Translations under genes and position numbers: made by a program
Assembly (NCBI GenBank): GCA_965208755.1
Contig: OZ242353.1
Location: forward strand, 4,974,714 to 5,038,713
Length of the DNA: 64,000 bases
Direction: 5' to 3'
Origin: Candidatus Multivorans sp.
GTDB taxonomy: Bacteria > Acidobacteriota > Thermoanaerobaculia > Multivoradales > Multivoraceae
Shown: positions 47,227-56,864 of the stretch, piece after piece
Layout of the letters: the number at the start of each line of letters is the position of its first letter
Numbering within the stretch: position 1 is the stretch's first letter
Notes under the pieces: model-generated
The model's database searches: none
Seen by the model: only the letters and a program-made list of their open reading frames with translations
Told to the model about the DNA's origin: nothing

Positions 47227-50193
47227 CTACCTTACCTCCCGCCCCTCGATCGTTCGGGCCACCACACCGGTACGGTCGAGTTCCACGTTGACCTCCCGCC
47301 AGTTGGGACCACCCGGCTCCTCGTTCGGGTAGTAGGTCAGGAGGTAGTGGCTGCGGAGTTCGCGGCTGATCGAGTCGAAGATCGGTTCCAGGTCCTGGTC
47401 GTGGCGCACGTAGTAGACGCGCCCGCCCCCGGCTCTCGCCATTCGCTCGAGCTTGCTGACGAAGGTGCGGGTGCTGAAGCTCCGGCCGTCGGTGCGGGCC
47501 GCTTCGTCGTTCATCAGTACGAGGTAGACCGGCACCCTGGCGCGTCGCGCCTGCTCGAGGCTCTGGCGGAAGGCGGCGTCGGAGTCCTCGTCGTCGCCGT
47601 CGTAGAAGACGACCAGCGCCTTGCGGCCGCGCAGACCCTCGAGCTGGTCCAGGGCCAGCGACAGCGCGCCCCAGACGGCGGTGCGTCCGCGCGGTCTGAG
47701 CGCGCCGATGCCGCCGCGCACCGAGCTCAGGTTGTAGGTGGCGGCCCGGACCAGTCGCGGTTCGGTGCCGAAGCCGACCAGGAACGCGCGGTCGCGCGTC
47801 GGCTCGAGCGAATCGAGGAACTCCACTGCGGCCCGCTTCACGTCGGGCATGCGCAGGAACAGGCTGCTCGAGGTGTCGATCGCCAGCCCCAGCGTGAGCG
47901 GCAGGTCGAAGGCGATCCGGAAGGACTCGAGTTCCTGGGCGCGGTCGTCCTCGAAGACGGAGAAGTCACCGGCCGTCAGGTCTCTAACGGGTTGTCCCGA
48001 ACGGTCCGTGGCGACGACGTAGAGCTGGACGAGTTCGACCCCGATGCGGGCGGAGAGGCCCGGACGGCTCAGGAACAGGACGTCCTCGGCGATCCGCCCG
48101 TCCGTCAACTGGGCCTCGACCCGCAGGTACGACTCGGGATCGCCCACCGGCACCAGCACTTCGTGGCGAAACGGCGCCTCGGTTGCCGTCCCCGCCAGCC
48201 GGTCCTTGACGAAGAAGCGCATCTCGAGCAGGCGTCCGCCTCGCGGCAGCTTGAGCTCGGCGGCGACGCCCACCGGCCCGGCCAGCAGCCCCTCCTCGGG
48301 CTCGGTGATGCGGACCCAGAAGGCGTGCGGCGGCTGGTTGACCAGGAGTTCGTGGCGGTCGAGCTCCCGGTCCTCGGCGTCGAAGGCGACCGCCTCGACC
48401 CGGCCGAGTCGGTCGCCGCGGCCGAGGTCGATCCGCGCCCGGTACGGCGCCCGATTACGGGCCGCGACTCGCCGGCCGTTGAAGTAGAAGACGACCCGCT
48501 CGACCTGGTCGGTGAACGGGTCGAGGACCTCGGCCATGAAGGTCGCCCGGCCGCGCCGGTTCATGGGGTCCTCCGGCCTGAGGCTGATCGCCCGGGTGCG
48601 GGTCGCCGTGCCGGAATCCACGGCCTGTTCCACCAGATCGAGGAAGTCGACCACGGCGTAGCCCCAGCGTCCATCGCGGAGATTCTCGGCCAGGACGATC
48701 GCCGAATCCGTTCCAGGAGGAAGCTGGAGCGGTCGCTCGAACGAGAGGTTCTCCGCTTCGGGGCCGGCGAACGGAACGCCGTGGCTGGTGAGGACGCTGC
48801 CGTCCTCGCGGTGGAGGCCGGTGCTGACCCTCCACGTCGAAGCGTCGGCCGGCGGCGAGCCGGCGGGCGGCACCATCGTGCTTGTCAGCCGGCCGACAAC
48901 CCGCTCGGGCGAGGCCGACTCGATCCGGATCGAGGCCACGACCTCGACTCCGGCGTCGCCGCCTTCGAACTCGCTGTCAAGCTCGCCCTCGAAGGCGCGG
49001 CGCAGTCGTACCTCGGCCACGTCATCCGGTGAACCCGCTCCGGGAGTGACGGTGGGGGCGTTGATCTCGCGCTCGCCCGCGGCGTCGCTCAGGCCGAAGG
49101 CGCCGGCGGCCGCGCTCCCGTCCGGCAGTTCGAAACTCGCCTCGAAGCGGCGGGGGAGCCGCTCGATCCAGTCCGCGATGGCGACTTCGTTCAGAAGCAC
49201 CTCGCCGCCCGTGGCGTCGGCGGCCACCGTCCAGCCGGACGGCTGCACGAAGAGGCCCAGTTCCTCCTCGACCGTCTGCGAAGCCCCGGAGCGCGGCCGG
49301 TTGAAGCGGAGCGTGAAGCCGACGGTCACATCGTTCGAGCGGACTCGAACGCCGTCGCCGTCCTCGCTCGCGGCAAAGGCCACCGGCGCCGCCGTCCAGC
49401 CGAACGCCGCCGCGGCGCGGGCGACTCCGCCGAGATCGGGAATCGTCGCCGCCTCGACGGCGAGGGAACCGGCGGTCGGCACGAGTTCGAGGTAGTAGCT
49501 CAACGGATCGGTGACCAGCCCGTCGGCCAGCAGGATGAGGTGTCGGCGGGTGGACTGCGTTGCGCTTGGCGCGTCGCGCCTCAGGTCCTCGCGCGCCGCC
49601 AGGAACGAAACGATCTCATCGATCTGGCTGCGCCGCATCGCCGCCTCCTCGCGGATCGCGTCCCTCGCCATCTGCTCCAGCACGACCTCCAGTTCGGTCA
49701 GGCGGTCGCGGCTTCCCGCCGCGGCCTGCTGCCGGGCTCTCGAGAACTCGATGTCCCGTTCGCTGGTGAACAGACGTCGCCTGTCGACCAGCGCGCTGGC
49801 CGCTTCCTCAGCCGTGGCGAGGCGGTTCAGCGCCGCCTCCGCCAGGTCGCGGTCCCGAGTCGGCGGCAGAATCGTCCGCGCCTGCGGGTTGGCCACCACG
49901 ATCTCCAGGCTGCCGACCTCAAGCAGTGGATCGAGCTGCTCCAGCAGCACCTCGGCGAGTTGAAACACCGGCCCCGGCGTGGTCAGCGCGAGATCGACAT
50001 AGACCAGCGTCTGCCAGCCGCTCTCCGCCCGTGCGACGCCCTCGATCTCGACGTTCTCCCCGTCGATCCGAAGCTCCAGTTCTCCACGCAGGTCCCGCTC
50101 CGAAGCGCCATCGGCCTCGAACGTCACCGTCTGCTGGCCTGGCACCGCACTCGCTGCGCAGGCCCACAAGGCGACCGACGCGCTCCAACGCAC
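47227..50193 (-). CDS. Large secreted VWA-domain protein, paralog of the preceding gene
   Basis: The C-terminal region is collinear with the neighbour (LTLGLAIDTSSSL…ALVVFYDGDDEDS…RVYYVRHDQ). Start is uncertain; candidate GTG/TTG codons lie at 50193 and 50199. The ORF is open to 50307 but would then overlap the next gene. Confidence 0.6.
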   Translation of the reverse strand: MRWSASVALWACAASAVPGQQTVTFEADGASERDLRGELELRIDGENVEIEGVARAESGWQTLVYVDLALTTPGPVFQLAEVLLEQLDPLLEVGSLEIVVANPQARTILPPTRDRDLAEAALNRLATAEEAASALVDRRRLFTSERDIEFSRARQQAAAGSRDRLTELEVVLEQMARDAIREEAAMRRSQIDEIVSFLAAREDLRRDAPSATQSTRRHLILLADGLVTDPLSYYLELVPTAGSLAVEAATIPDLGGVARAAAAFGWTAAPVAFAASEDGDGVRVRSNDVTVGFTLRFNRPRSGASQTVEEELGLFVQPSGWTVAADATGGEVLLNEVAIADWIERLPRRFEASFELPDGSAAAGAFGLSDAAGEREINAPTVTPGAGSPDDVAEVRLRRAFEGELDSEFEGGDAGVEVVASIRIESASPERVVGRLTSTMVPPAGSPPADASTWRVSTGLHREDGSVLTSHGVPFAGPEAENLSFERPLQLPPGTDSAIVLAENLRDGRWGYAVVDFLDLVEQAVDSGTATRTRAISLRPEDPMNRRGRATFMAEVLDPFTDQVERVVFYFNGRRVAARNRAPYRARIDLGRGDRLGRVEAVAFDAEDRELDRHELLVNQPPHAFWVRITEPEEGLLAGPVGVAAELKLPRGGRLLEMRFFVKDRLAGTATEAPFRHEVLVPVGDPESYLRVEAQLTDGRIAEDVLFLSRPGLSARIGVELVQLYVVATDRSGQPVRDLTAGDFSVFEDDRAQELESFRIAFDLPLTLGLAIDTSSSLFLRMPDVKRAAVEFLDSLEPTRDRAFLVGFGTEPRLVRAATYNLSSVRGGIGALRPRGRTAVWGALSLALDQLEGLRGRKALVVFYDGDDEDSDAAFRQSLEQARRARVPVYLVLMNDEAARTDGRSFSTRTFVSKLERMARAGGGRVYYVRHDQDLEPIFDSISRELRSHYLLTYYPNEEPGGPNWREVNVELDRTGVVARTIEGREVR

Positions 50194-50206
50194 AGGCAAA
50201 CGGCCG

Positions 50207-51685
50207 TCAGGCGACGATCTGGTGGATCGGTTCCGCGCCCTCGACGCCGACCAGCTTCTGGTCGAGGCCGGCGTGGAAGTAGGACAGCGCGTTCGGGTCG
50301 AGGCCAAGTTGCTGCAGCACCGTGGCGTGCAGGTTCTTGACGTGGAAGCGGTCGACCTCGGCGCGGTTGCCGAGTTCGTCCGTCTCGCCGACGCTGGTAC
50401 CGCCCTTGATCCCTCCGCCGGCCATCCACATCGTGAAGCCGTAGGCGTTGTGGTCGCGGCCGGTGCCCTCGGCGTACTCGGCCGTGGGCTGACGCCCGAA
50501 CTCGCCGCCCCAGATGACCAGCGTGCTGTCGAGCAGCCCGCGCTGCTTCAGGTCGCGCAGCAGGCCGGCGATCGGCTTGTCGGTGCCGCCGGCGTGATAC
50601 TCGTGGTTCTTGACCAGATCGCCGTGGGCGTCCCAGTTGTTGTCGTTGTGATTGCCGCCCGAGTAGACCTGAATGAAGCGGACGCCGCGTTCGACCAGGC
50701 GGCGCGCCAGGAGGCAGCGACGCCCGAAGTCCTTCGTGCGATCCTGGTCCAGGCCGTAGAGGCGGCGGGTCTCGTCCGACTCGCCGGAGAGCTCGACCGC
50801 CTCGGGCGCATGCTGCTGCATCCGGTAGGCCAGCTCGTAGCTGGCGATGCGGGCGGCCAGCTCGCTGTTCTCGGAGCGGGTTTCGGCGTGCTCCTCGTTG
50901 TACTCCCTCAGGCGGTCGAGCAGCCGGCGCTGCGCCTGGCGCGACATGCCCGGCGGCGGGTCGAGGGACAGGATCGGCGTCCCGCTCGAACGGATCACGG
51001 TGCCCTGGTAGCTGGCCGGCATGTAGCCGCTCGACCAGTTCTTGGCGCCGCTGATCGGCCCGCCGGTGGGGTCGAGCATGACGACGAAGCCGGGCAGGTT
51101 CTCGTTCTCGGTGCCGAGGCCGTAGTTCACCCAGGAACCGAGAGCGGGGCTGCCGGAGAGGATGCGGCCGCTGTTCATCTGCAGCATCGCCGAGCCGTGA
51201 AGCGGAGCGTCCGCGGTCATCGAGTGGATGAAGGCGATGTCGTCGACGCAGCCCCCGAGGTGCGGGAACAGGTCGGAGACCCACTTGCCGCATTCGCCGT
51301 ACTGCTTGAACTGCCATTTCGGCCCGACGACGCGGCCCTGGTTGCGCGTGCCGCCGCGGCCCTTCGTGTTGATCTCGATCGTCTTGCCGTCGAGCGGGTA
51401 GAGATCGGGCTTGTAGTCGAAGGTGTCGACCTGGCTCGGTCCGCCGTACATGAAGAGGAAGATGACCGCCTTGGCCGGACCGTCGAAGTGGGGCGGCTTG
51501 GCGGCGAGCGGGTTCTTCCACGCGGTCACACCGTCGGCGGCGACGGTCTGCGCGCCCAGGAAGTCGTCGGTGCTCAGCATGCCGGCAAGGGCGACGGAAG
51601 TGAAGGCGCCGCCGGCTTCCCAGAGGAACTCGCGCCGGGTGCGGCCGCAGAAGGTGTTGCGGGGGCGTTCGCTGTCGTGGTTCAT
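50207..51685 (-). CDS. DUF1501 domain protein (sulfatase-like fold), Tat signal
   Basis: N-terminal RREFLW twin-arginine motif. Conserved DUF1501 body (…YGGPSQVDTFDYKP…HNAYGFTMWMAGGGIKGG…). Confidence 0.8.
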   Translation of the reverse strand: MNHDSERPRNTFCGRTRREFLWEAGGAFTSVALAGMLSTDDFLGAQTVAADGVTAWKNPLAAKPPHFDGPAKAVIFLFMYGGPSQVDTFDYKPDLYPLDGKTIEINTKGRGGTRNQGRVVGPKWQFKQYGECGKWVSDLFPHLGGCVDDIAFIHSMTADAPLHGSAMLQMNSGRILSGSPALGSWVNYGLGTENENLPGFVVMLDPTGGPISGAKNWSSGYMPASYQGTVIRSSGTPILSLDPPPGMSRQAQRRLLDRLREYNEEHAETRSENSELAARIASYELAYRMQQHAPEAVELSGESDETRRLYGLDQDRTKDFGRRCLLARRLVERGVRFIQVYSGGNHNDNNWDAHGDLVKNHEYHAGGTDKPIAGLLRDLKQRGLLDSTLVIWGGEFGRQPTAEYAEGTGRDHNAYGFTMWMAGGGIKGGTSVGETDELGNRAEVDRFHVKNLHATVLQQLGLDPNALSYFHAGLDQKLVGVEGAEPIHQIVA

Positions 51686-51722
51686 CGTTCTGCTCCTTCG
51701 ACTCCTAGTCGAGGCGGGTCTC

Positions 51723-54119
51723 CTAGTCCAGATAGGCGAACTCGTTCAGATTCAATAACAGAAGGGAGTAGCTGGCAAATGCGGCGGAGGCGTCGAAGCC
51801 CTCCTCCCGTTGCAGTTCCTCGATCAGGCCGACGCCTCGGGCGACTTCGACCGGATGGGCCCGTCTCGCCAGCACGGCCTCGAGCGCTTCGGTCACGCGA
51901 TCCTCAACCGTACCGTCGGCGCCTTCGATCCGGTCCGTGAGCGCCCTGGCCTGCTCGCTCATGAAGTCGCCGTTCAGCATCATCAGCGCCTGCGTCGGCT
52001 GGGTCGTGGTGAAGCGGACCGGGCAGGTCGAGTCGGTGTCGGCCAGGTCGAGACTCTCCAGCAGCGGGTGCAGCAGGGAGCGCTTGACGTGGATGTAGAT
52101 GCTTCGCCGCGCCGCCTCGTCGGGGGTCGCCTCGCCCCAGGCCTTGTCGGGCTGGGACGCCGTGGCCAGCACCTCCGCCGGCATCGGCGGATAGACGCTC
52201 GGGCCGCCGATTTCGAGGTTCAGCGTGCCGGTCGCCGCCAGCACCGAGTCCCGGATCTCCTCGGCCGCCAGACGCCTCATGTTGAAGCGGCTGAACAGGT
52301 CGTTGCCGGGATCGACCTCCAGCGCGCCCTCGGGCGGCCGCGAGGACATCTGGTAGGCGCGGCTGGTCATGAGCAGCCGGTGCATCGACTTCAGGCTCCA
52401 GTCGCGCTCCGTGAACTCCGTCGCCAGCCAGTCGAGGAGTTCCGGGTGCGTCGCCTCCTGACCGAAACGGCCCAGATCGTTGGGAGTCGGCGACAGGCCG
52501 CGGCCGAAGTGATACTGCCAGAGGCGGTTCGCCATCACCCGGGAGGTGCGCAGATTGCCGTCGTCGGCGATCCAGCGGGCCAGGGCGAGCCGGCGGCCGG
52601 TCGTGGGGGAGGCGGGAGCCTGGGGCTCCAGCCCGGGGTCCGCGTCGCCGAGGATGAGCGGGAACCCGGGTTCGACCCGCTCGGCCGGCGCATGCGGATT
52701 GCCGCGGATCAGGACGTGGGTCGGCGGCGCCTCCGGCCCGATCTCCTTGACCCGCAGCACCTCGATGAGGTTCGCCGGCGGACCTTCCACGGGAGGGCCG
52801 CCGGCGTCCGCCGTTCCGAGATCGGCCGGGATCCAGTCCGTGTAGTTCTCCGGGGTCGGCTCGTTGCCGCCGCCGACCTTGTAAGGCGCGATGCCGCGGA
52901 AGAACGACAGCATCCGGTAGTAGTCGGTCTGGGGGATCGGGTCGCCGCGGTGGTTGTGGCAGCGCGCGCAGCCGATCGACATGCCGAGCATCACCCGGGA
53001 GGTCACATCGAGGACCGAGTCCAGATCGTCATACTGGGCGAGCGCCGTGTCCGTCGGCTCGTCGTCCCAGATCCCGAGCCGCAGGTAGCCCGTGGCGATG
53101 ACCGAGGCCGCGGTCGGGTTGTCGAGTTCGTCGCCGGCGAGCTGATGGGTCAGGAACTCGTCATACGGCATGTCCGCGTTCAGCGCGTCGACAACCCAGT
53201 CGCGATAGCGCCAGGCGGAGGGCTTCTTGCGGTCGCGCTCGTAGCCGTCCGTTTCCGCGTAGCGGACGAGGTCGAGCCAGTGCCGGCCCCAGCGCTCGCC
53301 GTAGTGAGGCGACGCGAGCAGGCGGTCGATCAGGCGTTCCCAGGCGTCGGGACGCTGGTCCCGCTCGAAGGCCTCGACTTCCTCGAGCGTCGGCGGGAGT
53401 CCGGTCAGGTCGTAGCTCGCGCGCCGGATCAGGGCGCGGCGATCGGCGGTCGGCGGCGGTTCGAGGCCGGCCGCCTCGATCTTCGCGAGCAGGAAGTTGT
53501 CGACCGGGTTGAGCGGCCAGTCCGGGTCCGCGACGGCGGGGACGTCGGGGCGCCCGAGCGGCCGCACGGACCACCATTCCCGGTCGGCGTCGGTGATCTC
53601 GAACGCGTCCTCGGCTGGTGCGACTTCCGTGAGTCCGTCCTCATCGCCGCCGAACGGTGCGCCGAGAAGCACCCACTGCCGGATGACCTCGAGGTCCGCC
53701 TCGGCCAGCCGGCCCGAGGGCGGCATCTGCAACTGCTCGTCGCCGTACCCGACCGCGTGGAGGAGCAGGCTCAGGGCCGGCTCGGAGGTCGAGATCGCCG
53801 GTCCCCGTTCGCCTCCGCGCAGGAGTCCGGCCCTGGTGGTCAGGAGGAGGCCGTTCTCGGCCCGTTCCGGGTCCGAGTGGCACATGTGGCAGTTCGCCTC
53901 CAGAACGGGCCGGACGTTCTCTTCGAACAGCTTGATGCCGTCGGCCGGTGTCTGGGCGGTCTGGCCGTAGGCGACCGCTGAGGCAAGGGTCAGCAGAACC
54001 GCCAGAGTGGAACCGGCCTGGCGGCCGGTGCGCTTTCCCGGCCGCCTCCGGCGGCAGCGGGTCAGAAGACCCGCGCACCCAGTCCAGCGCGGTGGCCACG
54101 CTGCGGACACTTCGAGCAT
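51723..54119 (-). CDS. PSCyt1/DUF1549/DUF1553 domain protein
   Basis: N-terminal CHMCHS heme-binding-like PSCyt motif. DUF1549 and DUF1553 regions. Canonical partner of DUF1501 proteins. The exact start is uncertain. Confidence 0.75.
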   Translation of the reverse strand: MLEVSAAWPPRWTGCAGLLTRCRRRRPGKRTGRQAGSTLAVLLTLASAVAYGQTAQTPADGIKLFEENVRPVLEANCHMCHSDPERAENGLLLTTRAGLLRGGERGPAISTSEPALSLLLHAVGYGDEQLQMPPSGRLAEADLEVIRQWVLLGAPFGGDEDGLTEVAPAEDAFEITDADREWWSVRPLGRPDVPAVADPDWPLNPVDNFLLAKIEAAGLEPPPTADRRALIRRASYDLTGLPPTLEEVEAFERDQRPDAWERLIDRLLASPHYGERWGRHWLDLVRYAETDGYERDRKKPSAWRYRDWVVDALNADMPYDEFLTHQLAGDELDNPTAASVIATGYLRLGIWDDEPTDTALAQYDDLDSVLDVTSRVMLGMSIGCARCHNHRGDPIPQTDYYRMLSFFRGIAPYKVGGGNEPTPENYTDWIPADLGTADAGGPPVEGPPANLIEVLRVKEIGPEAPPTHVLIRGNPHAPAERVEPGFPLILGDADPGLEPQAPASPTTGRRLALARWIADDGNLRTSRVMANRLWQYHFGRGLSPTPNDLGRFGQEATHPELLDWLATEFTERDWSLKSMHRLLMTSRAYQMSSRPPEGALEVDPGNDLFSRFNMRRLAAEEIRDSVLAATGTLNLEIGGPSVYPPMPAEVLATASQPDKAWGEATPDEAARRSIYIHVKRSLLHPLLESLDLADTDSTCPVRFTTTQPTQALMMLNGDFMSEQARALTDRIEGADGTVEDRVTEALEAVLARRAHPVEVARGVGLIEELQREEGFDASAAFASYSLLLLNLNEFAYLD

Positions 54120-54158
54120 GGTGTGGCGATCCTATCGCGGCGTTAGACTTCCGGCCTC

Positions 54159-55052
54159 TTGGTCGAACACAGGCATGGCGCGCGGACAGTGTCGCACGAC
54201 GTTACGGCGACCCTGCTGCTGAGTTGCGACGACGCGATCGGCATCATCGCGACCGTCACGGGCTTCGTGAACGAGCACGGAGGCATCATCTGCTCGTCCG
54301 AGACCCACCGGGACGAGGAACTCGGCAAGTTCTTCCAGCGGCTCGAGTTCGAGGTCGACCACTTCGATCTGGACCGGGAGACGATCAAGCCGCTGCTCGA
54401 ATGGGCAATCGGGGACCACTTCTCGGTCAGGAGCCGCATCGCCTTTTCGGACCAGGAGCAGCGGGTGGGCGTGCTGGCCTCGAAGCCGGCCCACTGCCTG
54501 CACGACCTGCTGTCCCGCTGGCGGCTGGGCGAGCTGCCCGGGCGCCCGGTCTGCATCATCAGCAACCATCCCGACCACGCGGCGGAGGCCGAGTACAACG
54601 GGCTGCCGTACCACCACCTGCCGGTGACGCCGGAGACGCGCAGCGAGCAGGAAGAGCGGATGATCCGGATCCTCGAGGAGGCGCGAGTCGACCTCGTCGT
54701 GCTCGCCCGCTACATGCAGATCCTCACGCCTCGCTTCCTGGAGTGCTTCCCGAACCGGGTGATCAACATCCATCACTCGTTCCTGCCGGCCTTTCCCGGA
54801 GGCAGTCCCTACCGCCAGGCCTACCTGCGCGGCGTCAAGGTCGTCGGCGCCACCGCCCACTACGCGACGGCGGAACTCGACCAGGGACCGATCATCGAGC
54901 AGGACGTGACGCGGGTCAGCCACCGCGACTCGGTAACCACCCTGGTGCGTCGCGGCAGGGACCTCGAACGCGTCGTCCTCGCCCGCGCCGTCCAGGCCCA
55001 CCTGGAGCACCGCGTCCTCGTCGTCGACAACCGCGCGATCGTCTTCGGGTAG
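54159..55052 (+). CDS. purU: Formyltetrahydrofolate deformylase
   Basis: N-terminal ACT-like segment (LLLSCDDAIGIIATVTGFV). Formyl-transferase core (…HHSFLPAFPGGSPYRQAY…HYATAELDQGPIIEQDV). TTG start inferred. Confidence 0.8.
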   Translation: MVEHRHGARTVSHDVTATLLLSCDDAIGIIATVTGFVNEHGGIICSSETHRDEELGKFFQRLEFEVDHFDLDRETIKPLLEWAIGDHFSVRSRIAFSDQEQRVGVLASKPAHCLHDLLSRWRLGELPGRPVCIISNHPDHAAEAEYNGLPYHHLPVTPETRSEQEERMIRILEEARVDLVVLARYMQILTPRFLECFPNRVINIHHSFLPAFPGGSPYRQAYLRGVKVVGATAHYATAELDQGPIIEQDVTRVSHRDSVTTLVRRGRDLERVVLARAVQAHLEHRVLVVDNRAIVFG

Positions 55053-56864
55053 CTAGCGGTTCGCGCAGGCGGCGCGCAGTTGCTGCGATGCCTGGGCGAA
55101 GACCGGATCGTTCGCGGCGAAGCGGCTGCCATCGTCGAGGAGCGTGATGGCTTCCTCGCAGCGGTCGGTCTGAGCGAGGATGGCGGCGAGGCGGAGGCGG
55201 GCCAATGTGAGGTCGGGACGGACGGCGAGCGCGGCGGCGAAGGCGCGGGCCGCCTCCTCGGGGCGTCGGAGGTCCAGGAGGACCATGCCGAGGACGAAAC
55301 TGGTCTGGGGTTCCGCCGGATCGAGCTGTTGCGCTGCGCCGAGTTCCCGGGCGGCGTCGCGGAGACGCCCGTCGATGGCCAGGATGCCGCCGAGTTCGGT
55401 GCGCAGCCTGGCTTCGTCGGCGGGCGCGAAGTCAACCGAGCGGAGGCTCCTCTCCAGCGCGGTGCGGGCTTCTTGCAGCCGGTTCTCCTGCCGGAGCACG
55501 ACGCTCAGCGCCTGCACCGCGGCGGCGTCCGCGGGGACGTTGGCGACTCGTGTGCGCAGGATCTCGAGCGCTTCCTCCGGCCGTCCCGACGATGCGAGCG
55601 CGGCGGCGCGCCGGGTCCTTGCCTCGGCATAGTCGGGGTCGAGCGCCAGTACACGGTCATAGCGCTCCAGCGCTTCCGCGGGGCGGCCCGCTCGATCGAG
55701 GAGCAGGGCGAGCTGGTAGTGGGCCTGCTTGTAGTCGGGAGCCAGCCCGGTCGCCCGGGTCAGGTGCGCGATCGCTTCGGTCGCCCGGCCGCGGTTGGCC
55801 AGAAGCTGGGCGAGTTCGAAGTGCGCCGGCGCGTGGTCGGGGGCGAGCGCCAGGAGTTCTTCCCAGGCGTTTTCGGCCCGCTCGAACTGGCCGGCGTCGA
55901 CGTGGGCCAGCGCCAGGTGCTTGCGTGCCTCCAGGTTCGTCGGATCCGCCTCGATGGCGCGGGCGAAGACCGTCGCGGCGGCGGCGAACTCGCCGGCCTG
56001 TACCGCGATCAGGCCCTGCTGGACCAGCGCGGCGCTGCCGGCCGGCAGGTAGGCGAGTTCCCGGACCAGAGGGTCGTCGAACGGGAAGTCGGTGTGGCTT
56101 GCCTGCGCGAAGTGCCGGGCCGCGCGGTCTTCATCGCCGCGGCGGCGCCAGGCCATGGCGAGGGAGTAGTGTCCGCGGCCGGCTCCCGGTTCGGCGGCGA
56201 CTGCGCGCTTGAGGTAGTCGGTCGCGGTCTCCGTGTCGCCGCGCACCAGAGCGAGGGTTCCGAGCCCGTGGAGGGCGGGCGGAAACTCGGGCTGCAGTTC
56301 CAGCGCACGGTTCCACAGAGCGGCGGCTTCGTCGGGCCGGCCGCGCTCCACCTCCGATTGGGCGAGGCGCTGGATCGCCGGCACCAGGTCGGGCTCGGTC
56401 GCCAATGCGGCGCGGTAGGAGGCGGCCGCCGCCTCGTGGTCGCCGCGGGTCTCTTCGACAAAGCCGCGGAGGTAGGGCCAGCGGTGGTCGGATGGGTCGA
56501 GTCGCTGAGCTTCCCGGTAGCAGGCTTCGGCCGCCTCGAGCGCGGCGAAAGCGTGGGTATCGAGCAGTTGCACGCCGTGGTAGAGCCTGCCGAGCTCGCC
56601 GACCGCGGCCGCCAGCTCGGGGCCGGCTGCGCCGGCGTCTTCCAGCGAGCGGACATCGCGTTCCAGGCTGGCGATCTGGCCGCGGACCGCCGGATCGTGG
56701 GCTTCGTAGCCAGAGGGAAGCGGCAGGCGCTCGGCGGCGCCGCAGGCGATGAGGGTGGCGACGACAAGAAAGCGTGGCGTGAACGAACGGACTGCAAGTC
56801 CGGCTTCGATCGGAAACGGATGCCGGCCAGAAGGCCGGCGCACCGGCACTGGCACGGCGGTCAC
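55053..56864 (-). CDS. Tetratricopeptide-repeat (TPR) protein
   Basis: 603 aa of repeated A/L-rich 34-residue units. Signal peptide. GTG start overlapping the upstream gene's TGA. Confidence 0.7.
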   Translation of the reverse strand: MTAVPVPVRRPSGRHPFPIEAGLAVRSFTPRFLVVATLIACGAAERLPLPSGYEAHDPAVRGQIASLERDVRSLEDAGAAGPELAAAVGELGRLYHGVQLLDTHAFAALEAAEACYREAQRLDPSDHRWPYLRGFVEETRGDHEAAAASYRAALATEPDLVPAIQRLAQSEVERGRPDEAAALWNRALELQPEFPPALHGLGTLALVRGDTETATDYLKRAVAAEPGAGRGHYSLAMAWRRRGDEDRAARHFAQASHTDFPFDDPLVRELAYLPAGSAALVQQGLIAVQAGEFAAAATVFARAIEADPTNLEARKHLALAHVDAGQFERAENAWEELLALAPDHAPAHFELAQLLANRGRATEAIAHLTRATGLAPDYKQAHYQLALLLDRAGRPAEALERYDRVLALDPDYAEARTRRAAALASSGRPEEALEILRTRVANVPADAAAVQALSVVLRQENRLQEARTALERSLRSVDFAPADEARLRTELGGILAIDGRLRDAARELGAAQQLDPAEPQTSFVLGMVLLDLRRPEEAARAFAAALAVRPDLTLARLRLAAILAQTDRCEEAITLLDDGSRFAANDPVFAQASQQLRAACANR

